Positions 1 to 10,060 of a stretch of DNA of 64,000 nucleotides are shown here, in pieces. This DNA comes from a virus (taxonomy: Duplodnaviria > Caudoviricetes), in the IMG/VR virus record IMGVR_UViG_3300027255_000165; one strand, written 5' to 3'. Numbering within the stretch: the first letter of the stretch is position 1; every line of letters starts with the position of its first letter. A program made the translations under genes and the position numbers. The notes beneath the pieces are model-generated. The model saw only the letters and a list, made by a program, of their open reading frames with translations. It was not told where the DNA came from and searched no databases.

Positions 1-192
1 TAATAGAGTTGATAATGGATTTGAAATTAATTTATGACAGATTCCAAATGTTTCTCTGTAGTAATCTGTGTTTCTTTCAGTATACAATTTCTCTGGATTG
101 ACCATCTTGGCCACCTTCAAACCCCAATACTGGGTTCGACGACGAAACACATGAAGAAACTTATCTGCGTTAGAACGATTCTGGCCGGTCAT
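1..192 (-). CDS. hypothetical protein, 3' end runs off the window
   Basis: Manual read: ATG at 192, open frame MTGQNRSNADKFLHVFRRRTQYWG... to the window edge; overlaps the stop of the upstream ORF. Confidence 0.5.
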   Translation of the reverse strand, partial: MTGQNRSNADKFLHVFRRRTQYWGLKVAKMVNPEKLYTERNTDYYRETFGICHKLISNPLSTLL

Positions 193-574
193 CGTTGATT
201 TGATTTTGAATTTGATCCACCTTTCCACTAACTCGATCTGCAAATGCAGCTACCTCGGCGATGTTTTGGTTTAGATTAGCCATCATCGCTCGCAAATCGC
301 TTAATTCCTGAATGTTAGCAATCACATTCTTTTCAAGCGAATCAACGTGTTTAGACAGTTCTTCATCTTTTGATGAATTTTTTCGATCTGCATTACACGC
401 TTCCATCTGTCCTTCAAGAGTTATAGAGATTGCTTCAAGCTCTAGAACATGATCTTGAAGATCTTCCAAAACCTCAAGGGCTTCGTCGAGTGCTTCGATT
501 TTACTGTGCATCTTAGCGGCCAATAAGGCGACAAGGGCAGCGCAAATCATTGTAATAATAAACATAATTTCCAT
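170..574 (-). CDS. hypothetical protein with N-terminal membrane anchor and coiled coil
   Basis: ORF track; hydrophobic N-terminus followed by heptad-rich sequence. Confidence 0.6.
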   Translation of the reverse strand: MEIMFIITMICAALVALLAAKMHSKIEALDEALEVLEDLQDHVLELEAISITLEGQMEACNADRKNSSKDEELSKHVDSLEKNVIANIQELSDLRAMMANLNQNIAEVAAFADRVSGKVDQIQNQINDDRPESF

Positions 575-579
575 GATAG

Positions 580-1698
580 TTATACCTTAAAGAATGAGTT
601 TGTTTCAAGTTGATGAAGGGCTGCTGCGACAACCTGATGCATATCGTAATAACGATACGTTCCTAATCTTCCTCCAAAGTGAACAGTTGACATTCCTTCA
701 GCTGAAGCCTTGTATTTTTGATAGATTTGACCATTGGTGTCATCATTCACTGGATAAAAGGGTTCAACATCTTGTGTGTATTCTTGGGGGAATTCCCAGC
801 TAACATACGTTTTCTTTTGACCATGGTCATCAAACCACTTATGTTCAATGATACGAGTATGTGGAGTTTCTTCGTCCGTATAATTCATGACTGCGCACCC
901 TTGATAATTATCTTGATCCATCAATTCATTGTGCCACTTAACTGATTTGTATTCCAATAAACCGTGTTTATAATTGAAAAACTTATCGATGGGACCGGTG
1001 TAGATGACTTTCAGCGCTTTGGCGTTCCAATAGTCTTTTTCTGAAAGATAGTCTTCGTTTAATCGAACGTCAATACCATTTAATAATTTTTCAAAGATCT
1101 GAGTGTACCCTCCAATTGGCATTCCCTGATAACGATCATTAAAGTAGTTGTTATCGTATGTGAATCTTACAGGTAGACGTTTGATGATTGCAGCTGGAAG
1201 TTCTGTAGGATCTTTGCGCCATTGTTTGGCAGTGTAACCCTTAATCAATCTTTCGTATACATCTTTTCCTACCAATGACAGGGCTTGTTCTTCGAGATTA
1301 GTAATTTTACCCGTGAATCGTTGTTTTTCAATCATATCTTTTGCCTCTTCCGGAGAGGATACGCCCCAGATCTGATTGAATGTGGTCATATTGAATGGCA
1401 AATTGTAGATACTATTCTTATAATTTGCAATTACGTTATGACTGTACTGTCTAAACTCGGCGAAATTATTGACATAATCCCAGACCCGTTTATCATTAGT
1501 GTGAAAGATATGAGCTCCATACCGATGTACATGCACGCCTTCAACGTTTTCAGTGTAACAGTTTCCGCCGATATGTGCCCTTTTATCAATCACCAAAACT
1601 CGATAACCTTGTTTGGTTAACTCGTGGGCACATATCGAACCATACAGTCCGGCTCCAACGATTAGGAAATCATACTTATCTTGAGATACCGAAGACAC
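580..1698 (-). CDS. glf: UDP-galactopyranose mutase
   Basis: GAGLYG FAD motif, HIGGNCY, HRYGAHIFHT, YFNDRYQGMP, GRLGTYRYYDMHQ. Confidence 0.95.
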   Translation of the reverse strand: MSSVSQDKYDFLIVGAGLYGSICAHELTKQGYRVLVIDKRAHIGGNCYTENVEGVHVHRYGAHIFHTNDKRVWDYVNNFAEFRQYSHNVIANYKNSIYNLPFNMTTFNQIWGVSSPEEAKDMIEKQRFTGKITNLEEQALSLVGKDVYERLIKGYTAKQWRKDPTELPAAIIKRLPVRFTYDNNYFNDRYQGMPIGGYTQIFEKLLNGIDVRLNEDYLSEKDYWNAKALKVIYTGPIDKFFNYKHGLLEYKSVKWHNELMDQDNYQGCAVMNYTDEETPHTRIIEHKWFDDHGQKKTYVSWEFPQEYTQDVEPFYPVNDDTNGQIYQKYKASAEGMSTVHFGGRLGTYRYYDMHQVVAAALHQLETNSFFKV

Positions 1699-2995
1699 CT
1701 GTTAAAGTAATTGGATTTGGTGTTGTTTCACCGTTAGACAAAACGAAGTCAACTGATTTTTCTGGCGTTGATTGAACAACTGGAGGTGTTGTGCCTTCAA
1801 GATCATCAATGATGTATTGAGGAATCTGATCGTGAACTCTCTTCATCCATTCGATCTCATGATCGTAAGATTTGCCCAAGTATCGTAGAGATTTGATGTG
1901 AAGCCAGAATGGGTGGGCAGACGTATTATAATACGCAGAGTTATGAATCAAGAACGTATATGTTGGGAAGGGATTCTTTCTCTTACTGTCCCTTAGCATT
2001 TTGAATGATAGCTTCATCATCTCTTCATGCCTACCTAATTGCTCTAATAATTCGGTTTGAGCCATCATTGCCTCATTTCGAGCGGGATTAAATTCAAGCG
2101 CCTTTTCATAAGTTTCAAGAGCCATGTCATATTTTCCCATGAATTTATACGCATTACCAATTAAGAACATTGCATAGTAACCCATGTCATCGATATTGGC
2201 TGGCTTTTGGGTTTGAGAATAATTATGAAGCTTGTTCAAGTACATATTAAAATAGAAGATACAGCGACGGGCATATTCTCTTGCGTGATCTATGCCAAAT
2301 GGAAATTCATCAGGATTACCATAAGAATCACTATAAGATTTACCAATGTACCATAAATGATAATCATCTTCAAGAACCTTGTTTGAAGGTACTTTATCGC
2401 TTTCTAATTCGAGAGCATCTTTCAAAAACTTCATTGGAGCGAACCAGGTTTCACCATCATTGGTAATAACCTGACGGAATCCAGTTTCAAGATTAACTCG
2501 ATTAAATCCTTCACCGATCACGGGTAGGTGAATTGTTTCGTGGCGCTTATCGTGAGCAAAGAACCATGGACGGTGAGCGTTCCACATCCATGTACGATAA
2601 TACATTGCATCTCCTGGATCGGCAACAATGTTAAATGAATCGATCATCGTATCGTTAAATGGACTCCAATCGAAATTTTCATCAACCGAAAGCTGCTCGT
2701 CGGCATCCATACGTAAGATCCAATCGCATCCATGATCCGCCTCTAGAGCAGTTTGAAGAGTGTGATCTCGGTTCCAACCTGGATAATCCCAATCAATTTC
2801 ATAGGTAAATCCTGGAACTCCATTTTGAGCAAAGAAATCATCAATGATTTGTTTGGTGTTATCGATTTTACCGTTACATTGAATTACGTAATAGTCAACG
2901 TAACCTACAACGGATTTTAACATTCTGGTGATAGTGGCTTCTTCATTGCCCACCATCGCATTTAAACAGATTTTTACGTTCTTTGGCTTTTTCAT
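1676..2995 (-). CDS. GT2-family glycosyltransferase with C-terminal TPR
   Basis: N-terminal GT-A fold (WILRMDADE DxD motif, HETI) plus TPR (GNAYKFMGKYDMALETYEKALEFNPARNEA). Confidence 0.8.
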   Translation of the reverse strand: MKKPKNVKICLNAMVGNEEATITRMLKSVVGYVDYYVIQCNGKIDNTKQIIDDFFAQNGVPGFTYEIDWDYPGWNRDHTLQTALEADHGCDWILRMDADEQLSVDENFDWSPFNDTMIDSFNIVADPGDAMYYRTWMWNAHRPWFFAHDKRHETIHLPVIGEGFNRVNLETGFRQVITNDGETWFAPMKFLKDALELESDKVPSNKVLEDDYHLWYIGKSYSDSYGNPDEFPFGIDHAREYARRCIFYFNMYLNKLHNYSQTQKPANIDDMGYYAMFLIGNAYKFMGKYDMALETYEKALEFNPARNEAMMAQTELLEQLGRHEEMMKLSFKMLRDSKRKNPFPTYTFLIHNSAYYNTSAHPFWLHIKSLRYLGKSYDHEIEWMKRVHDQIPQYIIDDLEGTTPPVVQSTPEKSVDFVLSNGETTPNPITLTGVFGISR

Positions 2996-4668
2996 TTTCG
3001 AGTAATTAGATAATTATTAAGCACCAATGCGTATAAGTTTCTTTTTAGGAACGTATTTATTGCATTGGTAGGAGTTTCAACGATAGGTTCTTCAGGTCCA
3101 TTGAATGAAGTGTTCAACACGACTGGAACGCCTGACACTTCATTGAATTTACTGATTAGCTTGTGATATTTTGGATTGTTATCTGGTGTAACTGATTGAT
3201 AGCGGGCAGTTCCGTCAATGTGAGTAACTGCTGGAATCTTGCTTCTCCATTCTGGTTTAACTTCAGTGGTAACCAGCATGTATGGAGAATACGTATCAAG
3301 TTCGAAGATTTCGGCCTGTTTTTCATATAGCACCGAAGGCGCAAATGGGCGATACCATTCCCTGAGTTTGATTTCACTATTAATGTACTGTGGCATCCAA
3401 GCCTGTTTTGGTGAGGCCAAGATTGAACGACAACCTAGAGCACGTGGACCCATTTCGGAACCCTTCTGAAACCATCCGATGACTCTATTTTCATTCAATA
3501 AATTAGCAACAGTATCTACCATTTCATCTTCTTCAAGTTTTATTACATTAATTGAAGAAGAATAAAGGTCAATTGCATCATTGATTTCTTGTTCAGTATA
3601 TGTTTTTCCAAGATACGCTGTCATCCATCCTTCAGAAGTTGGAATTTTACCCATCAATACATGCGAACCGTAATATGCACAGCCGATGGGAATACCACTG
3701 TCATCAGCAGGAGGCATGAAGTATGCATTATCGTAAATACCTTCTCTAATAATAAGCTCATTAGTGTTACAATTTAAGAAAGATCCGCCAGCTACACAAA
3801 TGTTATTTGAATTGGTTATTTTCTTTGCCATCTTTGCAAGGTGAAGGGACGACAATTCCTGTTCACGCTGATAGAGGCCTGCAACGTTAGCCTTTTGTTG
3901 AAAGTTTGATTGCCATGTTACTTCGGGATAAAAGGTCTGCACCATAACGTACATATCTTCATCTTCAAATCTCGTTTGAATCGGGTGGGAATCAACCCAC
4001 TCCTTATTAGCATAAGATGCAAGCCCCATTAACTTTCCAGCTTGCCACGTATTGTGAACGGGGTTATATACAAGTTGCTTTGAACCCATTCCATATTTAT
4101 GACCAATTGATGTTTCAGCTTCAGGATCTCCTTCTCTAAAAGGATAAACCACCCACTTACAATATGATTGATTGATGGTTTGATCTTTTCTTGAAAAATG
4201 ATAAATTGAGTAACCTTCTGCTAAATGTTCTCCTGGATTCAACCCTGATTCATCGACCTTAAACCAATCTTTAATTGGGGTTTCGTCATTATAAACTGAT
4301 CCCATTGCGTCTGCAACTACAACTGCAGCCTCATCAAAGTCAGAAGCACAGAAAGTTGAATAGGCATGAGCCAGATGGTGAGGAACAAAGTTTAATCTGT
4401 CTCTTGACATACCGGTTTCAATCTCAAACTCTTCTGGAGCCCTATTGATGTCTTCGGTGGTGTTATAGATAAACGCATCTATGTCTTTATACTCCAGGTT
4501 TAATGCCTCTAGACAATATCTCATTGATTCTAGTGGTAAACTATCGGAATGATCAGTTTTAATGCGAGTAACTCTTTCATTGCTGATTGCAACTTTAAGA
4601 TCTCCGTTGATTGTGATTGCAGCTCCTCGATTGTGACCAATCGAGATTCCCATTACTATGTTATTCAT
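2992..4668 (-). CDS. carbamoyltransferase, NodU/CmcH family
   Basis: ERVTRIK, HHLAHAYS, GKLMGLASY, AGGSFLNC, DDSGIPIG, EMGPRALGCRSILA, REWYRPFAP, THIDGTARYQ, LNTSFN. Confidence 0.93.
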   Translation of the reverse strand: MNNIVMGISIGHNRGAAITINGDLKVAISNERVTRIKTDHSDSLPLESMRYCLEALNLEYKDIDAFIYNTTEDINRAPEEFEIETGMSRDRLNFVPHHLAHAYSTFCASDFDEAAVVVADAMGSVYNDETPIKDWFKVDESGLNPGEHLAEGYSIYHFSRKDQTINQSYCKWVVYPFREGDPEAETSIGHKYGMGSKQLVYNPVHNTWQAGKLMGLASYANKEWVDSHPIQTRFEDEDMYVMVQTFYPEVTWQSNFQQKANVAGLYQREQELSSLHLAKMAKKITNSNNICVAGGSFLNCNTNELIIREGIYDNAYFMPPADDSGIPIGCAYYGSHVLMGKIPTSEGWMTAYLGKTYTEQEINDAIDLYSSSINVIKLEEDEMVDTVANLLNENRVIGWFQKGSEMGPRALGCRSILASPKQAWMPQYINSEIKLREWYRPFAPSVLYEKQAEIFELDTYSPYMLVTTEVKPEWRSKIPAVTHIDGTARYQSVTPDNNPKYHKLISKFNEVSGVPVVLNTSFNGPEEPIVETPTNAINTFLKRNLYALVLNNYLITRK

Positions 4669-5975
4669 TTGTAAATGTAATTAAGCTTTTGTTCTTCTTC
4701 AAAATACTTTTGATTAGGCGTGACGATTTGAAATAGAGTTGAAGTTTTGGTTTCTTCGTTCCAATCCCAATCTACACAGCCGAGTTGTTCGATTCGATTG
4801 TGAATCTGTTGGTTATAATGGTCTCGAATCAAACGTGATTTTCTATTAATGTCAGTTGCATTGTTATCAACCGTTGAGTTACGATTATTGTACTGTAAGT
4901 ACAACATTTTCTTGATGTGAATCATTTTTGTTTCTAGAAACGTTCTAATGATTAACTCAAAATCATCAGCCACAGAAATGAATCGATTATGCTTTCCAAT
5001 TTTATTGTACACGTCTTTACGCCAGATTCGAGCATGGTTTGGCATACCAATGTTGAATCGAATAGTTCTGGGATTGATGTCAGGATATGAGTGACACAGG
5101 TATTCAGTACCATTCCATTCAACCCATTCGTGACCACCATATCCCCATACAAATCCGTTTTCAGGGTGTGCATACCAATACTCTTCAGGTCCAATGGTGC
5201 TAGTGTACTTTCTCATTTCACCGTCTTCAAATGGTTCTGCGACGTCAGTGTAGACAAAACCAGCGTCAGGATATTGATTGATGGCCTTTATGGTTTCAGC
5301 AAACAATTCTGGTAAGAAAAAGTCATCATGATCTAGTTCAGCGAACCAGTTTCCATTGGCCATTGAACATGCTCTATTTTTAACTTCACCGATATTACCG
5401 CCAGAAATTGGAGTTATCTTATAAGGTCTAACTCGATAGTCTTTTTTGGCCAATTCTTGTAGAATGGTCCATGTTTCAGTGTGATCTTCTGGAGAATCAT
5501 CAATTACGATCCATTCCCAATTGGGATAGGTTTGATTTTTAATACCTTCGTAAGTTCGATACAATCTATCTCCCGTCTTATAAGCACCTGTGAAAACTGA
5601 AAAATAAGGTCGATTTGGATCATCAAAAACCTTGTCTAATGAAAAGCAAGCCCAATTAGTTGCATGTGAAACAATATCGTTTGCAAGTTGAAAATCAACA
5701 GGTAGTTGACTATAATGACACCACTTAGTGGTGATAAAAGTTTCATTGATGCGAGACACAAGTTGTGTCCAATCCTGTCGATTACCGCCGATGGTAACAA
5801 TAACATCAGGTCGATGGCGAGCAAAATCCTCAGCAAATGAAGAAGAGTCTGGATACGAATAACACAGAACATTCTCCTGAAGGTTTTCTTCATGATAGAG
5901 TGATGTCAATAAACGATGCTCACCAACTCGATCCCAACCATAAATAAGTGCAGAGGGTAACCCTACTTTGATCAT
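4665..5975 (-). CDS. GT2-family glycosyltransferase
   Basis: QTYPNWEWIVIDDS, ELDHDD DxD motif, DDFELIIR. Confidence 0.85.
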   Translation of the reverse strand: MIKVGLPSALIYGWDRVGEHRLLTSLYHEENLQENVLCYSYPDSSSFAEDFARHRPDVIVTIGGNRQDWTQLVSRINETFITTKWCHYSQLPVDFQLANDIVSHATNWACFSLDKVFDDPNRPYFSVFTGAYKTGDRLYRTYEGIKNQTYPNWEWIVIDDSPEDHTETWTILQELAKKDYRVRPYKITPISGGNIGEVKNRACSMANGNWFAELDHDDFFLPELFAETIKAINQYPDAGFVYTDVAEPFEDGEMRKYTSTIGPEEYWYAHPENGFVWGYGGHEWVEWNGTEYLCHSYPDINPRTIRFNIGMPNHARIWRKDVYNKIGKHNRFISVADDFELIIRTFLETKMIHIKKMLYLQYNNRNSTVDNNATDINRKSRLIRDHYNQQIHNRIEQLGCVDWDWNEETKTSTLFQIVTPNQKYFEEEQKLNYIYK

Positions 5976-6024
5976 ATTGAATCTATTTACAGGGTTATAC
6001 TACAAAAAACTGAAAAGTTTAGAT

Positions 6025-6089
6025 TAGAGGGGACATTGTTAGGGGCTCCCACCCACTCGGCTTTCGACTCCAATGTTATTTCCCCTCTA
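6025..6089. other. GC-rich intergenic stem-loop of unknown function
   Basis: TAGAGGGGA (6025-6033) pairs with TCCCCTCTA (6081-6089); inner ACATTG pairs with CAATGT. Confidence 0.45.
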
Positions 6090-6107
6090 GGGTGAAATGC
6101 AAGGTAT

Positions 6108-6293
6108 TTATTCACGAAACCGGGCCTTCTTGATGTTCTTTCCCTTGCGACTACGAACCTTACCTTGCTCTAAGATAACTGATCCGCAAACATCACATTT
6201 TAGAACACCTGAATGTGTTTCATGATAATCAGAAGATCCACATTTTGAACAGTGGGTCTCGTTTCCAATATCTTCAAAATTCCATTTCGGCAT
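6108..6293 (-). CDS. small zinc-ribbon protein
   Basis: CSKC...CDVC motifs. Confidence 0.6.
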   Translation of the reverse strand: MPKWNFEDIGNETHCSKCGSSDYHETHSGVLKCDVCGSVILEQGKVRSRKGKNIKKARFRE

Positions 6294-6624
6294 CTTCTAC
6301 GTCCTCAATTAAGTCAATCCATTCCTCATGTCCTCTCTCAAGGGCTTGAGTTTTGAATTCAATATTAGACATTAGGCAAAGACGAACTTCCTTGCCAAAA
6401 TAATCATCTACCAAATTCATGAATTCAAGACATCTATTGAAATCTTGATAACGAAGAGCCATAATCTCTCCATCTCCAAATTCAATTTTTAAGACCCATG
6501 GTGCTGCACCCGTTCTGACATCAATTCTTTCGCGATACATTTTTCCAACGCTTTTTATTTTATATACCGCACTTTGAAAGAGTTTACAAACGAATCCAAT
6601 TGTACCACGCTCTTTCATGTGCAT
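6274..6624 (-). CDS. hypothetical protein
   Basis: ORF track, in the operon-like chain. Confidence 0.55.
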   Translation of the reverse strand: MHMKERGTIGFVCKLFQSAVYKIKSVGKMYRERIDVRTGAAPWVLKIEFGDGEIMALRYQDFNRCLEFMNLVDDYFGKEVRLCLMSNIEFKTQALERGHEEWIDLIEDVEDAEMEF

Positions 6625-6781
6625 AGTATAATATGGATTTCGTAACTATTTCGATCATACCGATGGCTAAACCTGTACTAAACTCTCCGGTGACCAACCA
6701 ACTCAGAAAAATGGTATCTAAGGTACCGATGATTCTCCATGAGATTGTCTTCAGTATGTGTCTAATTTTATCTTTGCTCAT
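6584..6781 (-). CDS. DUF2061-like small membrane protein
   Basis: KTISWRIIGTLDT...YYAHERAW signature; this family is typically found beside sulfate-activation genes. Confidence 0.8.
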   Translation of the reverse strand: MSKDKIRHILKTISWRIIGTLDTIFLSWLVTGEFSTGLAIGMIEIVTKSILYYAHERAWYNWIRL

Positions 6782-7164
6782 AACTCTCCTCGTTTCTTCA
6801 TTTCCTGTCTGATCTTGGTGGCAGATATTTCACCAACTTCTGTCGGTGGAACGTGTTCAACTACATCGTATCCCACACCTCGACCGAAATTGATCGATGA
6901 AATATCTGGAATAACCGTCACAATCACTTTGCCCTGTTCCATTAGATCATACAATTCGGTTTCAATGTTCATTTGAACCTGTGATGCAGCGAATGGGTTC
7001 TTCTCGTCTGGTTCCATATCTCGAATGGCGATCCAAACTTTGTTACCTTGTCCCAACTGTTGGTCAATTAACCATCTGTGACCTCCATGCCATGGCTGCC
7101 AACGACCAATGTAAAGTGCCCATCCATCTTTTGAGGGCTTGTCTGCTTTTGTAATGTATTTCAT
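6778..7164 (-). CDS. HIGH-family nucleotidyltransferase (cytidylyltransferase-like)
   Basis: GRWQPWHGGH motif and C-terminal ISATKIR. Confidence 0.85.
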   Translation of the reverse strand: MKYITKADKPSKDGWALYIGRWQPWHGGHRWLIDQQLGQGNKVWIAIRDMEPDEKNPFAASQVQMNIETELYDLMEQGKVIVTVIPDISSINFGRGVGYDVVEHVPPTEVGEISATKIRQEMKKRGEL

Positions 7165-7209
7165 ATTATAAAATTAAATCCTGTGTGTCTATCTAATGGA
7201 TTTACAATC

Positions 7210-7662
7210 CTATCTAATGGCCTCTAAGATTTTAGTTAGAGTTTGTGAAGGTATGTCGTCAGTTGTGTCGACATCTACGAAGTTTTGTTGGGGCGGTTGG
7301 TAACCCTTGACCGCAAAGTGATCTCTTTCTCGAGATTCAGTAGTGTGGACGTAGAATTCAATCATTCCATCTCCAATCACCTGCTTAAACTCTTCTCGTT
7401 GATCTAGGTATGGAGATACTAATGATACGATCACAATCTTACCTTGATTATGCAGGTAATGAGCAATCTTTTGAGCTGCATCGATGTTCTTAATTCGACC
7501 ATTCATAGAATAGTCTTTGTTTGTAAACAAATCTCTCATTTCATCACCATCAATTCTGAAAACCTGATCTTCAGGAGTTCCGTGATCGATAATGAATTTC
7601 TTTAATCTGTCTGCTAGTACGGTCTTACCGTGTGATGGTTGTCCAGTGAACCAATATATCAT
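7210..7662 (-). CDS. cysC: adenylyl-sulfate kinase
   Basis: IYWFTGQPSHGKT P-loop, IDGDEMR, IVSLVSPY. Confidence 0.88.
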   Translation of the reverse strand: MIYWFTGQPSHGKTVLADRLKKFIIDHGTPEDQVFRIDGDEMRDLFTNKDYSMNGRIKNIDAAQKIAHYLHNQGKIVIVSLVSPYLDQREEFKQVIGDGMIEFYVHTTESRERDHFAVKGYQPPQQNFVDVDTTDDIPSQTLTKILEAIR

Positions 7663-8543
7663 ATAAAATTACTAAAGTACCTTTCGCCTCGATCACAAAG
7701 AATGGTAACTGCATTCTTGTAATCATTATCTCGGAGCCATTCAAAAGCTCCTCTAACGTTTGCACCAGCTGAAATGCCTAAGAAAAGACCTTGTGTTTTT
7801 GCTAAGTACATTGCATGCTGAATTGCACAATCGGTTGGAACAGTGACAACTTGGTCAACTTCATTTAGATCAACCAAGAATTTTGAACCGTCGCCAATGC
7901 CTTGAATTCCATGTAAACCTGGTTGACCACCACTCATAACTGGAGATTCAGCGGGTTCAATTGCCACAATCTTGATGTTTGGAAAAGTCTCTTTGATACG
8001 CTTACTTGCTCCCATCAGAGTTCCACCGGTTCCAGTTCCAAGAATGAATACGTCAGGTGTTACACCCTCGGCTTTTAGCTGCTCAACTATTTCTAAACCA
8101 GTAGTGTTGTAATGCGCTTCAATGTTCCATTCAGAATGAAATTGGTTACCATTAAACCATCCATTCTTTTCGCACAACTCGTTTCGGGTTTGAATCGCCA
8201 GGTCAAAATTACCTGCGTCAACTTCAATCAGTTTAGCGCCATAAACCTGGAACATTTTCTTACGTTCTTCGCTCATGTTACTTGGCATCACAATCACGCA
8301 CTTGTATCCGAGGTGGGCTGCAAACATTGCAAATGCAATGCCAGTGTTACCTGAAGTTGCCTCGCAAATTGTATCACCTTTCTTCAATTGCCCTGATTTC
8401 TCGGCTTGTTGAATAATATGAAGAACTGGACGATCTTTAACTGATCCACCAGGGTTCATGAATTCTGCTTTGCCCCATACGGTCAAATCAGCCTCCTCCA
8501 ATTTGATCATTGGAGTGTTACCTACGTTTTCAACAAGTCCCAT
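7659..8543 (-). CDS. cysK: PLP-dependent cysteine synthase family protein
   Basis: VGNTPM, KAEFMNPGGSVKDR, EATSGNTG, GTGTGGT, HGIQGIG, GISAGAN. Confidence 0.9.
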   Translation of the reverse strand: MGLVENVGNTPMIKLEEADLTVWGKAEFMNPGGSVKDRPVLHIIQQAEKSGQLKKGDTICEATSGNTGIAFAMFAAHLGYKCVIVMPSNMSEERKKMFQVYGAKLIEVDAGNFDLAIQTRNELCEKNGWFNGNQFHSEWNIEAHYNTTGLEIVEQLKAEGVTPDVFILGTGTGGTLMGASKRIKETFPNIKIVAIEPAESPVMSGGQPGLHGIQGIGDGSKFLVDLNEVDQVVTVPTDCAIQHAMYLAKTQGLFLGISAGANVRGAFEWLRDNDYKNAVTILCDRGERYFSNFI

Positions 8544-9128
8544 TTAGTGCTGAGTGTCGAAGAAGAATGTTTGGAACAGACGACCATCATACATATCCTT
8601 ACCGAAGTAGTCAAGCGAAGTATGAAATAAATCTCCCGGGTAAAGGATCAATCGATTGTATACGTTACCAACGAAGTTGGTCATTTCCCACTTCGTCATG
8701 TCCTGTGAATCTTGGCCAATTAGGGCTAAACCTTCTTCGTTATAAGATCCGTCATCTTTTCGAGGGGCGGTTGTCCAACCCGTCGCCTTATGGCGGAAAA
8801 GACCCGTTCCACCTGAAAGTGGAGCATCGGGTGTTAAGTAACAAACTCCTGCCCATTTAGTGGTTTGATCGGCGTGAATCCACGAACGATCCCTTTGTGT
8901 GGTGTATTGAAACGCACCAGTATATTCATACTGTTCCCATGCTGTGATTTTACCAGCGTAAGGAGAAATGATAGCCTGAATTAAGTTTTTAACTCCTTCG
9001 TTATAAACCTGTACGGTGCGTTGGCCTGGGTAATTACCTCGAACACCAAATTCCATACCTAGAGCCATTTCTCTAACGGCATCTACGTCATTATAAAAAT
9101 CGTCGACAACTATTGCGCTTACTTGCAT
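8544..9128 (-). CDS. DUF6445-like protein (2OG-Fe(II) oxygenase-like)
   Basis: IVVDDFY, NYPGQRT, WIHAD, YLTPDAP..GGT, NRLILY...FH pattern. Confidence 0.7.
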   Translation of the reverse strand: MQVSAIVVDDFYNDVDAVREMALGMEFGVRGNYPGQRTVQVYNEGVKNLIQAIISPYAGKITAWEQYEYTGAFQYTTQRDRSWIHADQTTKWAGVCYLTPDAPLSGGTGLFRHKATGWTTAPRKDDGSYNEEGLALIGQDSQDMTKWEMTNFVGNVYNRLILYPGDLFHTSLDYFGKDMYDGRLFQTFFFDTQH

Positions 9129-9129
9129 T

Positions 9130-10050
9130 TTAATCTTGTTTTTGATATACGTTAAAGCTACGAATGATCATTTCACTTTCATCAGGGTTTTCAGGATAGT
9201 CCATGTGAAGACCGTGATTGAAAATAACATACTGTCTTGCGTCAGCTCTATTGAACCATTGTAGTACGTTATGTGATTTTGTTTCAAAAATCAATAGACC
9301 ATCGTAGTAAATTCTAATAAAATCCTTTTCCCAGTGACAAACATATTGGACCAATCTTTTGGTTGCATCTGCAACTGGAACATCGTAAGATGAATAATCT
9401 TCTTTGTTATTTTGTTCTATTTGACCATAATGAATGTTAGGCCTAATTCTTCTATTAGGCCTTTTAAACCAACGATCTAATAGAGTGTATGAATCGTATT
9501 TTGGGCCCATGTGAGAGTATCCTTCAAAGACATCAATTTCAGGTGGCCATGTATCATAACCTGAAAACCAGAATGCAGGCCAATATGACTGTCCTTCTGG
9601 AAGTTGAATCCATGCTTCAAACCAACCGTATTGCCAAACCTGCTTTGAAGAAACAAAACCAACGCCAGTTGGAATTGTAAATTCTTCTGGCATCGACTCA
9701 TTCTGTCTCCAACTTGGAAGATCAGACTTTTTCCAAGTCTTAGGAGTGTTTTTAAGGGCCAACACCAGACCTCGAGTATCAATGTAACTTAGCGTTCCAT
9801 CGTTATCATAGTATTGGTGTAAAGAACCCGGGTGAAAGTCTCCCCATGGCATTGCATAACGCCACTCATCTTTGTTCAAGCGTGTTAAGAAGTAATCTGA
9901 AAACACTTTATCATAACCTTCAGGTGCTTGAACCTTACGTTCTTCACCTTTGTAATTTGAATAGTGCCTTTCAGCCCTAAACAATTTAACCATGTTCAAT
10001 AGAACTTCTTTGAACGGATGTTTTAGAAATTGAGAAAAGTTTAAGTTCAT
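9130..10050 (-). CDS. glycoside hydrolase family 16
   Basis: YGWFEA, WPAFW, WPPEIDVFE (ExDxxE catalytic motif). Confidence 0.88.
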   Translation of the reverse strand: MNLNFSQFLKHPFKEVLLNMVKLFRAERHYSNYKGEERKVQAPEGYDKVFSDYFLTRLNKDEWRYAMPWGDFHPGSLHQYYDNDGTLSYIDTRGLVLALKNTPKTWKKSDLPSWRQNESMPEEFTIPTGVGFVSSKQVWQYGWFEAWIQLPEGQSYWPAFWFSGYDTWPPEIDVFEGYSHMGPKYDSYTLLDRWFKRPNRRIRPNIHYGQIEQNNKEDYSSYDVPVADATKRLVQYVCHWEKDFIRIYYDGLLIFETKSHNVLQWFNRADARQYVIFNHGLHMDYPENPDESEMIIRSFNVYQKQD

Positions 10051-10060
10051 AGATTATTTA

